This document shows positions 24,946-35,056 of a stretch of DNA of 35,310 nt, one piece after another. This DNA is from an uncultured Azospirillaceae bacterium (GTDB taxonomy: Bacteria > Pseudomonadota > Alphaproteobacteria > RF32 > CAG-239). The stretch is taken from the NCBI GenBank assembly GCA_964440165.1, contig CAYTQF010000002.1, positions 1 to 35,310 on the forward strand. Reading direction: 5' to 3'. A program made the position numbers and the translations under genes. Under the pieces are notes generated by a model. That model did no database searches and had not been told where the DNA came from. It saw only the letters and a list, made by a program, of their open reading frames with translations. Numbering within the stretch: position 1 is the stretch's first letter; the number at the start of each line of letters is the position of its first letter.

Positions 24946-25081
24946 ACATTAGTATTTTTAACGTTCAGATTATGGTTTAAATTTATAATATATGCAATCT
25001 TATAAATATTCGTGTTGAAAAGTTTTTCATCCTATGCTACAAGATTTCCAAATTTTAGATAACATCATAAAGGATAAAGCT

Positions 25082-25843
25082 ATGGCAAGAAAAACTTTAA
25101 TCGCAGGAAACTGGAAAATGAACGGCCTTTTGACAGAGGGTACAGAATTGGCAAAAGGTATTGCTGCCGCTGTTAAAGCCAAAGGTAAAACGGAATGTGA
25201 ATTTTTGGTTTGCCCGCCGTTTACATTGCTGACATCTGTAAAAAAAGCTTTGCGCGGTGCTAAGGTTGCTTTAGGCGCGCAAGATTGCCATTTTGCTGAA
25301 AAAGGCGCACATACAGGTGATATCAGTCCGGTTATGCTTAAAGAAATCGGCTGCACATATGTTATTTTGGGACACTCTGAACGTCGTGCGGATCATGGCG
25401 AGTCGGATGCTTTGATTAATAAAAAAGCCGTAGCCGCTCATGCTCAAGGCTTAAAAACAGTCATTTGTATCGGTGAGACGGAAGCTCAGCGCGATGCCGG
25501 ACAAACCATTGATGTTTGCTCTAAACAGATTTTGGGCTCTGTTCCTGATGACGCAACGGCTGCAGATACGGTAATCGCTTATGAGCCGGTTTGGGCTATC
25601 GGTACAGGTAAAACACCGACAGCACAAGACGTTGAAGATGTTCATGCCGCTGTCCGTAAAGTATTGGCTAAAAAATTAGGCAAAGGTAATGCCAATAAAA
25701 TGCGCATTTTGTACGGCGGTTCCGTAAAACCGTCTAATGCCAAAGAATTTCTGTCTCTGCCGGATGTTGACGGAGCTTTAATCGGCGGTGCCAGTCTGAA
25801 AGTTGCTGATTTTCTGGGTATTGCTGAAAATGCCGGTTGCTAA
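25082..25843 (+). CDS. tpiA: Triosephosphate isomerase
   Basis: AGNWKMNG, GHSERR and AYEPVWAIGTG motifs. AAGGA SD precedes ATG 25082. Confidence 0.9.
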   Translation: MARKTLIAGNWKMNGLLTEGTELAKGIAAAVKAKGKTECEFLVCPPFTLLTSVKKALRGAKVALGAQDCHFAEKGAHTGDISPVMLKEIGCTYVILGHSERRADHGESDALINKKAVAAHAQGLKTVICIGETEAQRDAGQTIDVCSKQILGSVPDDATAADTVIAYEPVWAIGTGKTPTAQDVEDVHAAVRKVLAKKLGKGNANKMRILYGGSVKPSNAKEFLSLPDVDGALIGGASLKVADFLGIAENAGC

Positions 25844-25886
25844 AACCGAAAATCATGTATATGATGACATGCGAAAGGATTAAATA

Positions 25887-26201
25887 ATGGAAACAGTTTT
25901 GTTAGTGTTTTATCTGCTGGTTGCTATCTTTTTAGTTGCCGTAATTCTAATGCAGCGTTCTTCCGGCGGTGCTTTGAACGGTCTGGGCGGCGGCAGCGGC
26001 GCCAACAGCATTTTAAATGCTCGCGGTACCGGTAACTTTTTGACCCGTTTGACCGCTATTTTGGCAACTTTATTTTTCATAGCAGCAATTGCTTTATCTT
26101 TGTTGTATAAATCAGCAGAGCCGAGAAAAGCCTCAATTTTGGATACGGCTCCCGTTTCCGGACAGCCGGAAGCTCCGGTCGCTCCGATAGCAGGCGAATA
26201 A
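25887..26201 (+). CDS. secG: Preprotein translocase subunit SecG
   Basis: Two TM helices flanking a Gly-rich loop (LMQRSSGGALNGLGGGSG). Confidence 0.85.
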   Translation: METVLLVFYLLVAIFLVAVILMQRSSGGALNGLGGGSGANSILNARGTGNFLTRLTAILATLFFIAAIALSLLYKSAEPRKASILDTAPVSGQPEAPVAPIAGE

Positions 26202-26225
26202 ATGAAGTTGAATAAAGAACATAAC

Positions 26226-26252
26226 AAGGGCACCTTTCTAAAAGGTGCCCTT
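26226..26252 (+). other. 11-bp perfect hairpin between secG and pyrG with no T-tract
   Basis: AAGGGCACCTT-N5-AAGGTGCCCTT. Confidence 0.45.
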
Positions 26253-26278
26253 GACACTTTAAATTAAAGGTATCAGAA

Positions 26279-27934
26279 ATGACTAATATATTGGATAACA
26301 AAGCAAAATTTATATTTATAACCGGTGGTGTCGTTTCATCTCTCGGCAAAGGGTTGGCCTCAGCTTCTTTGGCATCTTTGCTTCAATCTCGCGGCTTTAA
26401 AGTGCGTTTGCGTAAGCTGGATCCTTATTTAAATGTCGATCCCGGAACAATGAGCCCGTATCAGCATGGTGAGGTGTTTGTAACGGATGACGGTACGGAA
26501 GCCGATTTGGATTTAGGGCATTATGAACGTTTTTCTGGTGTTCCGGCCAAAAAAACAGACAGTGTAACCACCGGTAAAATTTATCAACGAGTCATTGATA
26601 AAGAACGTCATGGCGATTATCTGGGCGCAACAATTCAGGTTATTCCTCATGTAACTAATGAAATTAAAGATTTTATTTTATCCGACATAACGGATGAAGA
26701 TTTTGTTTTGTGTGAAATTGGCGGAACTGTTGGTGATATTGAAGGTCAGCCGTATTTGGAGACAATTCGTCAGGTTGCCTATGATTTAGGGCGTGAACGA
26801 GCTATGTTTATCCATGTAACATTGTTGCCCTATATTCCGACAGCAGGAGAGTTGAAAACCAAACCGACCCAGCATTCTGTGAAAAAACTTCAGGAATATG
26901 GTATTCAGCCGGATATGCTGCTATGTCGCAGTTGTTGCGATATTCCGCAGAATGAAAAACGTAAAATAGCACTGTTTTGCAATATTAGAGAAGAAAATGT
27001 TATTACGGCAAAAGATGCCGGCAGTATCTATCAGGTGCCGATTGCATATTCGGAAGAAGGTATGGACGAACAGGTTTGCCGTCATTTTGGTATAGATACG
27101 GCAAAACATCCGAATGATTTAAGTAAATGGCAGCATATTGTCAATGTTATGACACATCCGGAAGGTGAGGTTAAAGTTGGTGTCGTCGGCAAATATGTTC
27201 AGTTGCTGGAAGCCTATAAATCATTGGGAGAGGCTTTAACGCATGGTGGTATAGCTAATCATTTTAAAGTTAAAGTCAAATGGATTGATTCCGAAGATAT
27301 CGAAAAAGACGGTGCCGCCGCACATCTGCAGGATGTTCATGCCGTTTTAGTACCGGGTGGATTTGGCAGCCGCGGTACGGAAGGAAAAATCTTAGCGGTA
27401 CAATATGCGCGAGAACATAAAGTTCCTTTTTTAGGTATTTGTTTTGGTATGCAAATGTCTGTTATTGAAACCATGAGAAATGTCGTCGGTGTTAAAAATG
27501 CTCATACAACTGAAATTGCCGGAGCAGATTGTACTCCTGTTGTCGGTCTCATGACGGAATGGGATAAAGAAGGGGCAAAACAAATTAGAACCAAAGACGG
27601 AGATTTAGGCGGTACCATGCGTTTAGGCGCCTATGAATGCGTTTTGGATCCGGATTCTTTAGTATGTCGTGCGTATGGTAATAACCATATTTCAGAGCGC
27701 CATCGTCATCGTTATGAAGTTAATCTGGCTTATGAAGAACAATTAAACAACGCCGGGATGTTTATTGTCGGAAAGTCGCCTGACGGCAGACTTCCTGAAA
27801 TTGTTGAACGGAAAGATCATCCATGGTTTATTGGTGTGCAATTCCATCCGGAATTAAAGTCCAAACCGTTTGCACCGCATCCGCTGTTTGTTTCTTTTGT
27901 TAAGGCAGCCATAGAACAAAGTCGCTTAATATAA
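26279..27934 (+). CDS. pyrG: CTP synthase
   Basis: [11 protein letters not shown]-terminus and a glutaminase domain with GICFGMQ and HRHRYEVN. Confidence 0.95.
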   Translation: MTNILDNKAKFIFITGGVVSSLGKGLASASLASLLQSRGFKVRLRKLDPYLNVDPGTMSPYQHGEVFVTDDGTEADLDLGHYERFSGVPAKKTDSVTTGKIYQRVIDKERHGDYLGATIQVIPHVTNEIKDFILSDITDEDFVLCEIGGTVGDIEGQPYLETIRQVAYDLGRERAMFIHVTLLPYIPTAGELKTKPTQHSVKKLQEYGIQPDMLLCRSCCDIPQNEKRKIALFCNIREENVITAKDAGSIYQVPIAYSEEGMDEQVCRHFGIDTAKHPNDLSKWQHIVNVMTHPEGEVKVGVVGKYVQLLEAYKSLGEALTHGGIANHFKVKVKWIDSEDIEKDGAAAHLQDVHAVLVPGGFGSRGTEGKILAVQYAREHKVPFLGICFGMQMSVIETMRNVVGVKNAHTTEIAGADCTPVVGLMTEWDKEGAKQIRTKDGDLGGTMRLGAYECVLDPDSLVCRAYGNNHISERHRHRYEVNLAYEEQLNNAGMFIVGKSPDGRLPEIVERKDHPWFIGVQFHPELKSKPFAPHPLFVSFVKAAIEQSRLI

Positions 27935-28012
27935 AATCTTCTTGCAATGGTATAAAAAGTAAGATAAAAAAACAGATAGTTATCTAAATTATTAATTAAA
28001 AACAATTATTAT

Positions 28013-28987
28013 ATGCAAAAAACGCAAGTCAAACACTTGAACACACTGGCCGGATATGTGTATGAAGCGCATAGCCGAGTTGTTCAGGATTGTTGGGAAC
28101 TTGAGGGATTGTGTGATGTTGATTACATACTCTGTGCCGATACAATAGCGTGTCGCGGCATCGCAGAGTATATCAGTCGCGAAATCTTTCGTAAGTTCTC
28201 CCATGAGGTAAAAATTCATTCAAACGCTCTGCTGTGTAATATCCGTTCAAGAGAGGCAGCCAGAGGTGTGCTTCGCAGAGATTATCAACATCTCGGGCGT
28301 TGTCTGTTCGTAACAGATCTGGCTTCGCGTCAAAATTTGGAACGCCAAGCAGAAAAGATGAATCTGAATATCAAACTGTTTCACATAGAACTGTTTGATA
28401 ACGGATTTTTCTGTTCTTTCTGGAATCCCGGACGTTTTGATATTTATGATCGCATCCGGATTAAAAAAGCTGAAAAGCTGTTTGTTCTTGACAGTGATCT
28501 GAATGGCTGGGCTTTGATGTCTTACCTGCATTCTCAACTGCAAAAAGAGTACAATATGTCTCCGCAGATTATCCTGCTTAAAGATGACGAAGAGGCTCTT
28601 TTTAATATGGAAAATCTGTTCCTGTCCTATATGCGAGAGCATGGGATAGATGAACGATTGGAGCATATGTCTGTACAGCAGTTATTGGCTGCCAAAGACC
28701 GAACTAACGGTATCCTTATTCTGCCTCAGTACAAAAGCTGGCTGGCAGATAAGAGAAAAACAACAATGCTTTTTGTATATAGCTGTCCGCTTGAACTGGG
28801 TTGTCGTCGGAATATTCCGCAAGAGCGTTGGTACAAGCGTATCCTGCGTATGGCAGAACAGCATCTCGATACATTGGATGCCGATTCATTCGTCAGAGCT
28901 TATCAGCCTAAGAAATTTTCAAAGGTGCGATATGCTCTCTATCGTTGGATACAGCGCATTGAGTTGTTTGTTTGGCACAGAATCTGA
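28013..28987 (+). CDS. Hypothetical 324-aa protein inserted between pyrG and kdsA
   Basis: No SD, and its own terminator. There is a faint ComF/PRTase-like layout (DYILCADTIACRGIAEYI...GRCLFVTDLASRQNL), but the PRPP loop is degenerate. Confidence 0.65.
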   Translation: MQKTQVKHLNTLAGYVYEAHSRVVQDCWELEGLCDVDYILCADTIACRGIAEYISREIFRKFSHEVKIHSNALLCNIRSREAARGVLRRDYQHLGRCLFVTDLASRQNLERQAEKMNLNIKLFHIELFDNGFFCSFWNPGRFDIYDRIRIKKAEKLFVLDSDLNGWALMSYLHSQLQKEYNMSPQIILLKDDEEALFNMENLFLSYMREHGIDERLEHMSVQQLLAAKDRTNGILILPQYKSWLADKRKTTMLFVYSCPLELGCRRNIPQERWYKRILRMAEQHLDTLDADSFVRAYQPKKFSKVRYALYRWIQRIELFVWHRI

Positions 28988-28992
28988 ATTAA

Positions 28993-29024
28993 ACACCCCT
29001 ATGAAACATTAGGGGTGTTTTTTT
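28993..29024 (+). terminator. Rho-independent terminator
   Basis: ACACCCCT-N10-AGGGGTGT followed by T7. Confidence 0.85.
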
Positions 29025-29113
29025 GTGTTGATTAATCAGATTGAATAATTGCTAAATGCAGATAAGAGGATAAAATAAAAGCATTCTGTTTAATAGCTGA
29101 AAAAGGAAAAATT

Positions 29114-29956
29114 ATGGAACAAAGAACTGTTAAAATCGGAAATTTCGAGATTGGAAATAAACTCCCGTTGGCTCTGATCGCAGGACCATGCCAAATCGAA
29201 AGCCGTCAACATGCGATAGATTTGGCCGGAAAACTGGTTGAACTGACAAATAAACTCGGCATTAATTATGTTTTTAAGGCTTCTTTTGATAAAGCTAACC
29301 GTACGTCGATTAACGGAAAACGCGGTGTCGGTTTGGAAGAAGGAATGAAAACCTTTGCTGAAATCAAAAAATTATATAATTGCCCGATCGTAACGGATGT
29401 TCATGAAAAAGATCAATGCGGTATTGTGGCTCAATATGTCGATATGTTGCAAATTCCGGCGTTTTTATGCCGTCAAACCGATTTGGTTGTGGCTGCAGCG
29501 CAGACAGGTAAAGTTCTTAATATCAAAAAAGGTCAGTTTTTAGCCCCTTGGGATGTTAAAAATCTGGTTAAAAAAGCCGAAGATTCCGGCAATATAAATG
29601 TCTGCTTGACAGAACGCGGAACAAGCTTTGGTTATAATACCTTAGTAACGGATATGCGTTCATTCCCGCAAATGGCTAAAGATACCGGATGTCCTGTTAT
29701 TTTTGACGCAACGCATTCAGTACAACAACCCGGCGGTTTAGGCGGTTCAACAGGGGGACAGCGTGAGTTTGCTCCGGTTTTGGCTCGTGCGGCTGTAGCT
29801 GTCGGTGTGGCTGCAGTCTTTATTGAAACACATGAAAATCCGGATAAAGCATTGTCAGATGGTCCGAACAGTATTGCTTTGAAGGATATGGAAACAGTCA
29901 TTTCTGATTTAATGGCCTTTGATGCCGTTAATAAGTCTCGTATTCATGATTATTAA
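29114..29956 (+). CDS. kdsA: 3-deoxy-8-phosphooctulonate synthase
   Basis: AGPCQIES, KASFDKANR and FDATHSVQQPGG motifs. Confidence 0.9.
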   Translation: MEQRTVKIGNFEIGNKLPLALIAGPCQIESRQHAIDLAGKLVELTNKLGINYVFKASFDKANRTSINGKRGVGLEEGMKTFAEIKKLYNCPIVTDVHEKDQCGIVAQYVDMLQIPAFLCRQTDLVVAAAQTGKVLNIKKGQFLAPWDVKNLVKKAEDSGNINVCLTERGTSFGYNTLVTDMRSFPQMAKDTGCPVIFDATHSVQQPGGLGGSTGGQREFAPVLARAAVAVGVAAVFIETHENPDKALSDGPNSIALKDMETVISDLMAFDAVNKSRIHDY

Positions 29957-30671
29957 TGATGAAGGATATATTGTAAATCTGCGCCGACATGGCGAAAAAT
30001 CATTGATTCTGACTGTTTTGACGCGAGAACACGGTAAATTGGTCGGTTATGTCAAAAATTGTCTGAACAAAAAGAGTTTAGGTATTTTTCAGCCGGGTAA
30101 TTTGATCTCAATAGAGGGATATACCCGGCTCGAAGAAAATATGTGGAACTTAAAGGTTGAGCTGCTACAGGCCTGTTCGGCAAATTTTATGGCAGATACA
30201 CGCAAATTATCCGTTCTTTCTTCATTTTGTGCTTTATGCAATGACGCTATGCCGGAAGCGCAAAACTTGGATGCTTTTTATCTGAAAATTGAAGATTTTT
30301 TTAATTTTATAAATGAAGATAATTGGCTAACATATTATTGTTGCTTCGAATTTTATTTGTTGCAATTTCTTGGCGTCGGTCTGGATTTAGAGAAATGTTC
30401 CGTAACGGGGTGTTATGATAACTTAGCTTATGTATCACCCAGAACCGGAAAAGCGGTGTGTGAAGAAGTAGGTTTGCCTTATCATAAACGTCTTTATGCT
30501 TATCCGCATTTTATTCTCAATAATAAGCCTAAGCCCAACCGTCAGGAAATGAAAAATTTGTTGAAAATGACGGAGTTTTTCCTCCATAAAAACTTTTTTC
30601 AAATACATTGCTTGAAATTCCCTGAAAACCGTGCTAACTTGCTGCATAACTTAGGTTTTGATAGATTTTAG
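29946..30671 (+). CDS. recO: DNA repair protein RecO
   Basis: N-terminal OB-fold pattern (DEGYIVNLRRHGEKSLILTVLTREHGKLVGYV) and a Cys cluster C..GC...C. Overlaps the kdsA stop by 11 nt. Confidence 0.75.
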   Translation: MIINDEGYIVNLRRHGEKSLILTVLTREHGKLVGYVKNCLNKKSLGIFQPGNLISIEGYTRLEENMWNLKVELLQACSANFMADTRKLSVLSSFCALCNDAMPEAQNLDAFYLKIEDFFNFINEDNWLTYYCCFEFYLLQFLGVGLDLEKCSVTGCYDNLAYVSPRTGKAVCEEVGLPYHKRLYAYPHFILNNKPKPNRQEMKNLLKMTEFFLHKNFFQIHCLKFPENRANLLHNLGFDRF

Positions 30672-30680
30672 GATATCCCC

Positions 30681-32906
30681 ATGACGGAAAATACCGCTGC
30701 TGAAAAGATTAAAGATGTGCGTTTGGCTGAGGAACTGAGCAGCCGCTATTTATCATATGCTATGTCTACGATTGTTGCTCGTTCTTTGCCGGACGTACGA
30801 GACGGTCTAAAGCCTGTTCATCGTCGTTTATTATATGCAATGCGTCAATTGCATTTGGATCCTAAATCCGGATTTAAAAAATGCGCTCGTGTTGTCGGCG
30901 ATGTTATCGGTAAATACCACCCGCACGGTGATAGCGCCGTCTATGGAGCCATGGTGCGTTTGGCACAAGATTTCTCCGTGCGTTATCCGTTAGTCGACGG
31001 GCAGGGTAATTTCGGTAATATTGATGGCGACGGTGCCGCCGCTATGCGTTATACGGAAGCGCGTTTGACTGAATTTGCTATCGCTATGATGGAAGGCTTA
31101 AACGAAAATTCTGTTGATTTTATGGATACTTACGACGGAGAAGAATCTGAGCCTGTTGTTATGCCGTCTATGGTACCGAATTTATTATGTAATGGTGCGA
31201 CAGGTATTGCCGTTGGTATGGCTACCAACATCCCACCGCATAATCTGAGTGAAGTTTGTGATGCTTTATTGTATTTAATTGATAATCCTGAATGTGAAAT
31301 TGAACCTTTGGTTCGACGTCTGAAAGGGCCTGATTTTCCAACTGGCGGAATAATAATTGATAGCTTTTCCAATATATTAAACAATTATATTCAAGGAAAA
31401 GGTTATTTTCGTATTCGTGCAAAATGGGAAAAAGAAGATTTAGGACACGGACAATATCAGATTGTTGTTAAAGAAATTCCGTATCAGGTTGTGAAGTCTA
31501 AACTCATAGAGCGGATAGCCGGTCTTTTGAATGATAAAAAAGTTCCGATGCTTAATGATATTCGTGATGAATCAGCCCAAGATATTCGTATTGTTCTGGA
31601 GCCGAAAAACAGAACGGTTGATGCTAATATGCTGATGGAGCATCTGTTTAAGCAGACAGAGCTTGAGACGCGTTTTAGCATGAATATGAATGTTCTGGAT
31701 TCTGACGGCGTTCCTCGTGTGATGAGCATTAAAGAAATCCTGCGTGAATTTTTAATGCATAGAATTAATGTCTTATTGCGCCGAATTAATTTCCGTTTAG
31801 ATAAGATTAAGAGCCGTTTAGAGATTTTAGCCGGATATCTGGTTGCTTATTTGAACTTGGATGAAATTATTCGCATTATCAGAGAAGAAGACGATGCCAA
31901 AGCCGTGATGATGCAAAAGTTCAATCTGACAGATAATCAGGCTGAAGCGATCTTGAATATGAAATTGCGCAGTCTGCGTAAACTTGAAGAAAATGACATC
32001 CGTCAGGAATATGATGATCTTGAGGCTGAAAAAGAACAGTTGGAAACTTTGCTGTCTGATGAAAGTAAGAGATGGCAGGCTATTGCCGGTGAAATTAAGC
32101 TGATTAAAGAGAAATTCGGTAAAAAAACAGCGTTAGGAAAACGTCGGACCGAGTTTGCCGAAGTATCTGACGATATTGAAGTTCCGGTTGAGATTTTTGT
32201 GGAAAAAGAGCCGATAACGGTAATTTTATCTCAAAAAGGCTGGATCAGATGTGTAAAAGGTCATGCTAATCTCAGCGATGAATTTAAGTTTAAAGATGAC
32301 GATGCGCTGCAGTGTGCTATTCATGCGCAAACTACAGATAAAATTGTATTGTTTGATACATCCGGTAAGTTCTTTAATATTTCGGGATGCGATATTCCGA
32401 GCGGCAGGGGATTTGGACAGCCGTTGCGTTTAATGGTTGATTTAGGCAATAATGATAATATTTGCGCAATGTTTGCATATGAACCGAAAGCATCGTATAT
32501 TATTGCATCAAACAGCGGTAAGGGCTTTATTGTGGATGAAAACCATTTAATTGCCCAAACGCGTAACGGCCGTAAAATTATGAATCTTGCGGATGGTGAA
32601 GTTGCTGAATTCTGTAAGAAAATTGATGGTGATATGGTTGCCGTCGTCGGAGATAATCGTAAGCTTTTAATTTTCCCGGTAGAAGAAATTCCAAGTATGG
32701 CGCGAGGCCGGGGTGTTACATTGCAAAAATACAAGGATGGCGGAATGTCTGATATGCAAGTTTTCAAAAAAGAAGAAGGCTTTGTATATGAAAAGAATAC
32801 AACCACCAAAGTAGAAACGGATTTGCTGGCATGGCTCGGTCATCGCGGACAAATCGGTAAGCTTGTTCCTTTCGGCTTTCTAAAAACAAATAAATTTTCA
32901 AAATAG
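30681..32906 (+). CDS. parC: DNA topoisomerase IV subunit A
   Basis: GLKPVHRR and [10 protein letters not shown] (active-site Tyr). 741 aa with no GyrA box. Confidence 0.85.
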   Translation: MTENTAAEKIKDVRLAEELSSRYLSYAMSTIVARSLPDVRDGLKPVHRRLLYAMRQLHLDPKSGFKKCARVVGDVIGKYHPHGDSAVYGAMVRLAQDFSVRYPLVDGQGNFGNIDGDGAAAMRYTEARLTEFAIAMMEGLNENSVDFMDTYDGEESEPVVMPSMVPNLLCNGATGIAVGMATNIPPHNLSEVCDALLYLIDNPECEIEPLVRRLKGPDFPTGGIIIDSFSNILNNYIQGKGYFRIRAKWEKEDLGHGQYQIVVKEIPYQVVKSKLIERIAGLLNDKKVPMLNDIRDESAQDIRIVLEPKNRTVDANMLMEHLFKQTELETRFSMNMNVLDSDGVPRVMSIKEILREFLMHRINVLLRRINFRLDKIKSRLEILAGYLVAYLNLDEIIRIIREEDDAKAVMMQKFNLTDNQAEAILNMKLRSLRKLEENDIRQEYDDLEAEKEQLETLLSDESKRWQAIAGEIKLIKEKFGKKTALGKRRTEFAEVSDDIEVPVEIFVEKEPITVILSQKGWIRCVKGHANLSDEFKFKDDDALQCAIHAQTTDKIVLFDTSGKFFNISGCDIPSGRGFGQPLRLMVDLGNNDNICAMFAYEPKASYIIASNSGKGFIVDENHLIAQTRNGRKIMNLADGEVAEFCKKIDGDMVAVVGDNRKLLIFPVEEIPSMARGRGVTLQKYKDGGMSDMQVFKKEEGFVYEKNTTTKVETDLLAWLGHRGQIGKLVPFGFLKTNKFSK

Positions 32907-32908
32907 AA

Positions 32909-33100
32909 ATGAGTGAAATTTATTTTGAATATCACATTCAGGGCGCTTACGTTCGTGTAAGCGCTCTTGAACCGGAAACTCTGACAGAAGCCGTTGTGGT
33001 TGTTCCTAGAGGATTAAGCGAAGAGCAAATGAAATATCAGGCTTTACAAAAGCTGCAGTATATTCTTAAAAAGAAGGTTGATGAGCAATCGTCTGAATAA
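32909..33100 (+). CDS. Small conserved hypothetical protein (63 aa)
   Basis: The pattern IYFEY..QGAYVRVSA..P.T..E.VV..P resembles a small protein family I recall as widespread in alphaproteobacteria. Its 3' end overlaps the convergent hydrolase gene by 35 nt. Confidence 0.5.
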   Translation: MSEIYFEYHIQGAYVRVSALEPETLTEAVVVVPRGLSEEQMKYQALQKLQYILKKKVDEQSSE

Positions 33101-33839
33101 TTTCTTTAACAGAAGAATTGATTTCTTTTAGATCTCCCGGTCGTTGAATATGATGGTTTGCATTTTTCAAAAGTTTAGTAGTTACCGCATCTGATTGCAG
33201 CCGTTGACCAAGTTTCAAAACAATTCGCCAATCAATAAATGTATCTTTTAGTCCTTGAATAAGATGAACAGGGCAGGTAATCGGAATGGCTTTTAGATCT
33301 GTGATGGCGTTTTTACGTGCGGCATCCATAAAACGTTCTGTAAATGTAAAACTCATTCGTTCAATACCAACAGTAATTTTATGTTTTTGAGCGAGTTCTT
33401 GCTTTTGTTCTTCTGTTGCCAAATGCATCAGTAATGTGTAAAGATTTGGTGCCGTTGAAGTACACACAACACCTTTAACGCGTTCCGGACATGCTATTGC
33501 CGTTAATAAAGATGTCCAACCGCCGATACAATGTCCGACCAAAATAACATCGCCTTGAATTTGATTTTGGATAATATCCAAGGTTTGATTTTTCCAAACA
33601 TCCAAATCCGTTTCATCATAATTTCCGGAATCATGACCATGACCGGCAAGTTCATAACGAAAAAAATTCCATCCGTTTTGTTCAGCCAAAGTTTTTACGG
33701 CTTCCGGTTTCTTACCCCAAGGATTGGATGATAATCCGTGAATATATAAAAGTGTTATCGGGGCATGATTATCAATATATTCATATTGATAGACATGTTT
33801 ATTATCAAAAATCTTTGTCGGATATGTATCTGTAGGCAT
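33066..33839 (-). CDS. Alpha/beta hydrolase with a Cys at the nucleophile elbow (GHCIGG)
   Basis: YIHGL oxyanion region, GHCIG elbow, GLKDTFID and NHH (candidate Asp/His). AAGGA SD present. Confidence 0.75.
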   Translation of the reverse strand: MPTDTYPTKIFDNKHVYQYEYIDNHAPITLLYIHGLSSNPWGKKPEAVKTLAEQNGWNFFRYELAGHGHDSGNYDETDLDVWKNQTLDIIQNQIQGDVILVGHCIGGWTSLLTAIACPERVKGVVCTSTAPNLYTLLMHLATEEQKQELAQKHKITVGIERMSFTFTERFMDAARKNAITDLKAIPITCPVHLIQGLKDTFIDWRIVLKLGQRLQSDAVTTKLLKNANHHIQRPGDLKEINSSVKEIIQTIAHQPSF

Positions 33840-33913
33840 AAAAAATCCTTTCTTTTATTTATACATAAACATAATAACCGTTAAAGAAAGGCTAATTTAT
33901 GTATTTAAAAATG

Positions 33914-33942
33914 AAAAGCCCCGATATAAATCGAGGGCTTTT
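33914..33942 (-). terminator. Terminator separating the two hydrolase genes
   Basis: AAAGCCCCGA-N6-TCGAGGGCTTT with one bulge, followed by a T-run on the minus strand. Confidence 0.55.
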
Positions 33943-33963
33943 GAAGTTGTTTTCATAAGTTGC

Positions 33964-34749
33964 TTAACATAGAATGAAAGGTTCAACAGAGGTAACAACT
34001 TGTCTGCACAGGTCGCGGATCGAATGGCGGAGCTCTTCTAGAGAAAGTTTATCCTGAAGATGGTGATCAGCTCGTTTAATGAGCTTGGTTACTACTCGTG
34101 GATAAACGATTTTCTCAGAAAGGAGAAGAACCGCATGCCAGTCGACAAAAGTGTCTTTCTGGCCATGAATCAGATGCACAGGAATGTCCATACGAATTTC
34201 TTTGTGATTCAGAAGGTTGTTAGCTTCCAAACTGTCCCAGAGTTTTTGGGAAAAGAAATATCGATACTTTTCCATGTGAACGATAATGCGTCCGTTCTCT
34301 TTTAATTCCTGACGTTGCTCAACCGTTGAGCGGGAAAGCATCTGCTCGATAAGATTAGGCGCTGCAGCCAAACTTATAAATCCGATGACATGTTCAGGAT
34401 GCTTTTCGGCCAAACACATGCCCAGCCATGCACCGACGCAGTGTCCGACAATGATAACTGATTCCTTAATCTGGTTGACAATAATGTCTTCCAGTTGTTC
34501 CTTCCACAGCTCAAATGTACAGGCTTGAAAATTTTCTGCATCAGAACCGTGTCCAATGAGTTCGTAACGACGAAAATTGAGCCCTAAACTGAGAGCTTCT
34601 TCCTTTATGGCTTCGGCTTTACGAGACCAAGGGGTAGAGGCAAGACCATGAATGTACAAGACAGTACAATCAGCACCAAGGCGGAGACATTCTTCGTATT
34701 CCGTCTTAAAGTTCTTAAAACAATACGTTTTTTTAAGTATAGTGTTCAT
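33964..34749 (-). CDS. Alpha/beta hydrolase paralog (GHCVGA elbow)
   Basis: Collinear with 33066-33839 (YIHGL, RYEL.GHG, GHC.G, APNL, PVHLI.G.KDTF.DW, HH). Probable start is ATG 34749; the listed ORF extends to 34788. Confidence 0.75.
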   Translation of the reverse strand: MNTILKKTYCFKNFKTEYEECLRLGADCTVLYIHGLASTPWSRKAEAIKEEALSLGLNFRRYELIGHGSDAENFQACTFELWKEQLEDIIVNQIKESVIIVGHCVGAWLGMCLAEKHPEHVIGFISLAAAPNLIEQMLSRSTVEQRQELKENGRIIVHMEKYRYFFSQKLWDSLEANNLLNHKEIRMDIPVHLIHGQKDTFVDWHAVLLLSEKIVYPRVVTKLIKRADHHLQDKLSLEELRHSIRDLCRQVVTSVEPFILC

Positions 34750-34880
34750 AATAGTAAAAAAATAAATAATAAAACTTTCATTTGGCAATTTACATTAATT
34801 TAAAATTTTGTCAATAAGTGGAAATATATTTTTTAGAATGAAAGTTAGAAAAGAAGAGATTGTTTTTGGAAAAAAAGTTC

Positions 34881-34909
34881 TTGACTATAACAGGGATTTA
34901 TCCTATTTT
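34881..34909 (+). promoter_or_regulatory. tRNA promoter
   Basis: TTGACT-N17-TATTTT, ending 15 nt before the tRNA 5' end. Confidence 0.5.
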
Positions 34910-34924
34910 CGTGCATGAAACAAA

Positions 34925-35001
34925 GGGCCCTTAGCTCAGTTGGTTAGAGCAGGCCGCTCATAACGGTCTGGTCGCAAGTTCGAGTCTTGCAGGGCCCACC
35001 A
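34925..35001 (+). tRNA. tRNA with CAU anticodon (Met, or Ile2 read after lysidine modification), with encoded CCA
   Basis: Cloverleaf folded by hand: acceptor GGGCCCT/AGGGCCC, D arm GCTC/GAGC, anticodon stem GGCCG/CGGTC with loop CTCATAA, T arm GCAAG-TTCGAGT-CTTGC. Confidence 0.9.
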
Positions 35002-35003
35002 AT

Positions 35004-35034
35004 AAAAATCCTACCCTGGCGGTAGGATTTTTTA
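35004..35034 (+). terminator. Rho-independent terminator after the tRNA
   Basis: TCCTACC-N5-GGTAGGA flanked by an A-run and a T-run. Confidence 0.8.
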
Positions 35035-35056
35035 TTGGTAAAACTATAATTTCTCG

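Noticed and set aside
26251-26256. TTGACA immediately after the secG-pyrG hairpin as a pyrG promoter
   Set aside because: It lies only 22 nt before the pyrG ATG, and no acceptable -10 follows at 16-18 nt spacing.
28013-34788. First impression that 28013-28987 and the second hydrolase (33964-34788) are compositionally foreign, like gene 3330-3632
   Set aside because: Hand counts of 60-nt lines gave 43-47 percent G+C for these genes. Neighbouring core genes gave similar values (pyrG line 27361-27420 at 47 percent, hydrolase 1 line at 40 percent). Only 3330-3632 is clearly deviant.
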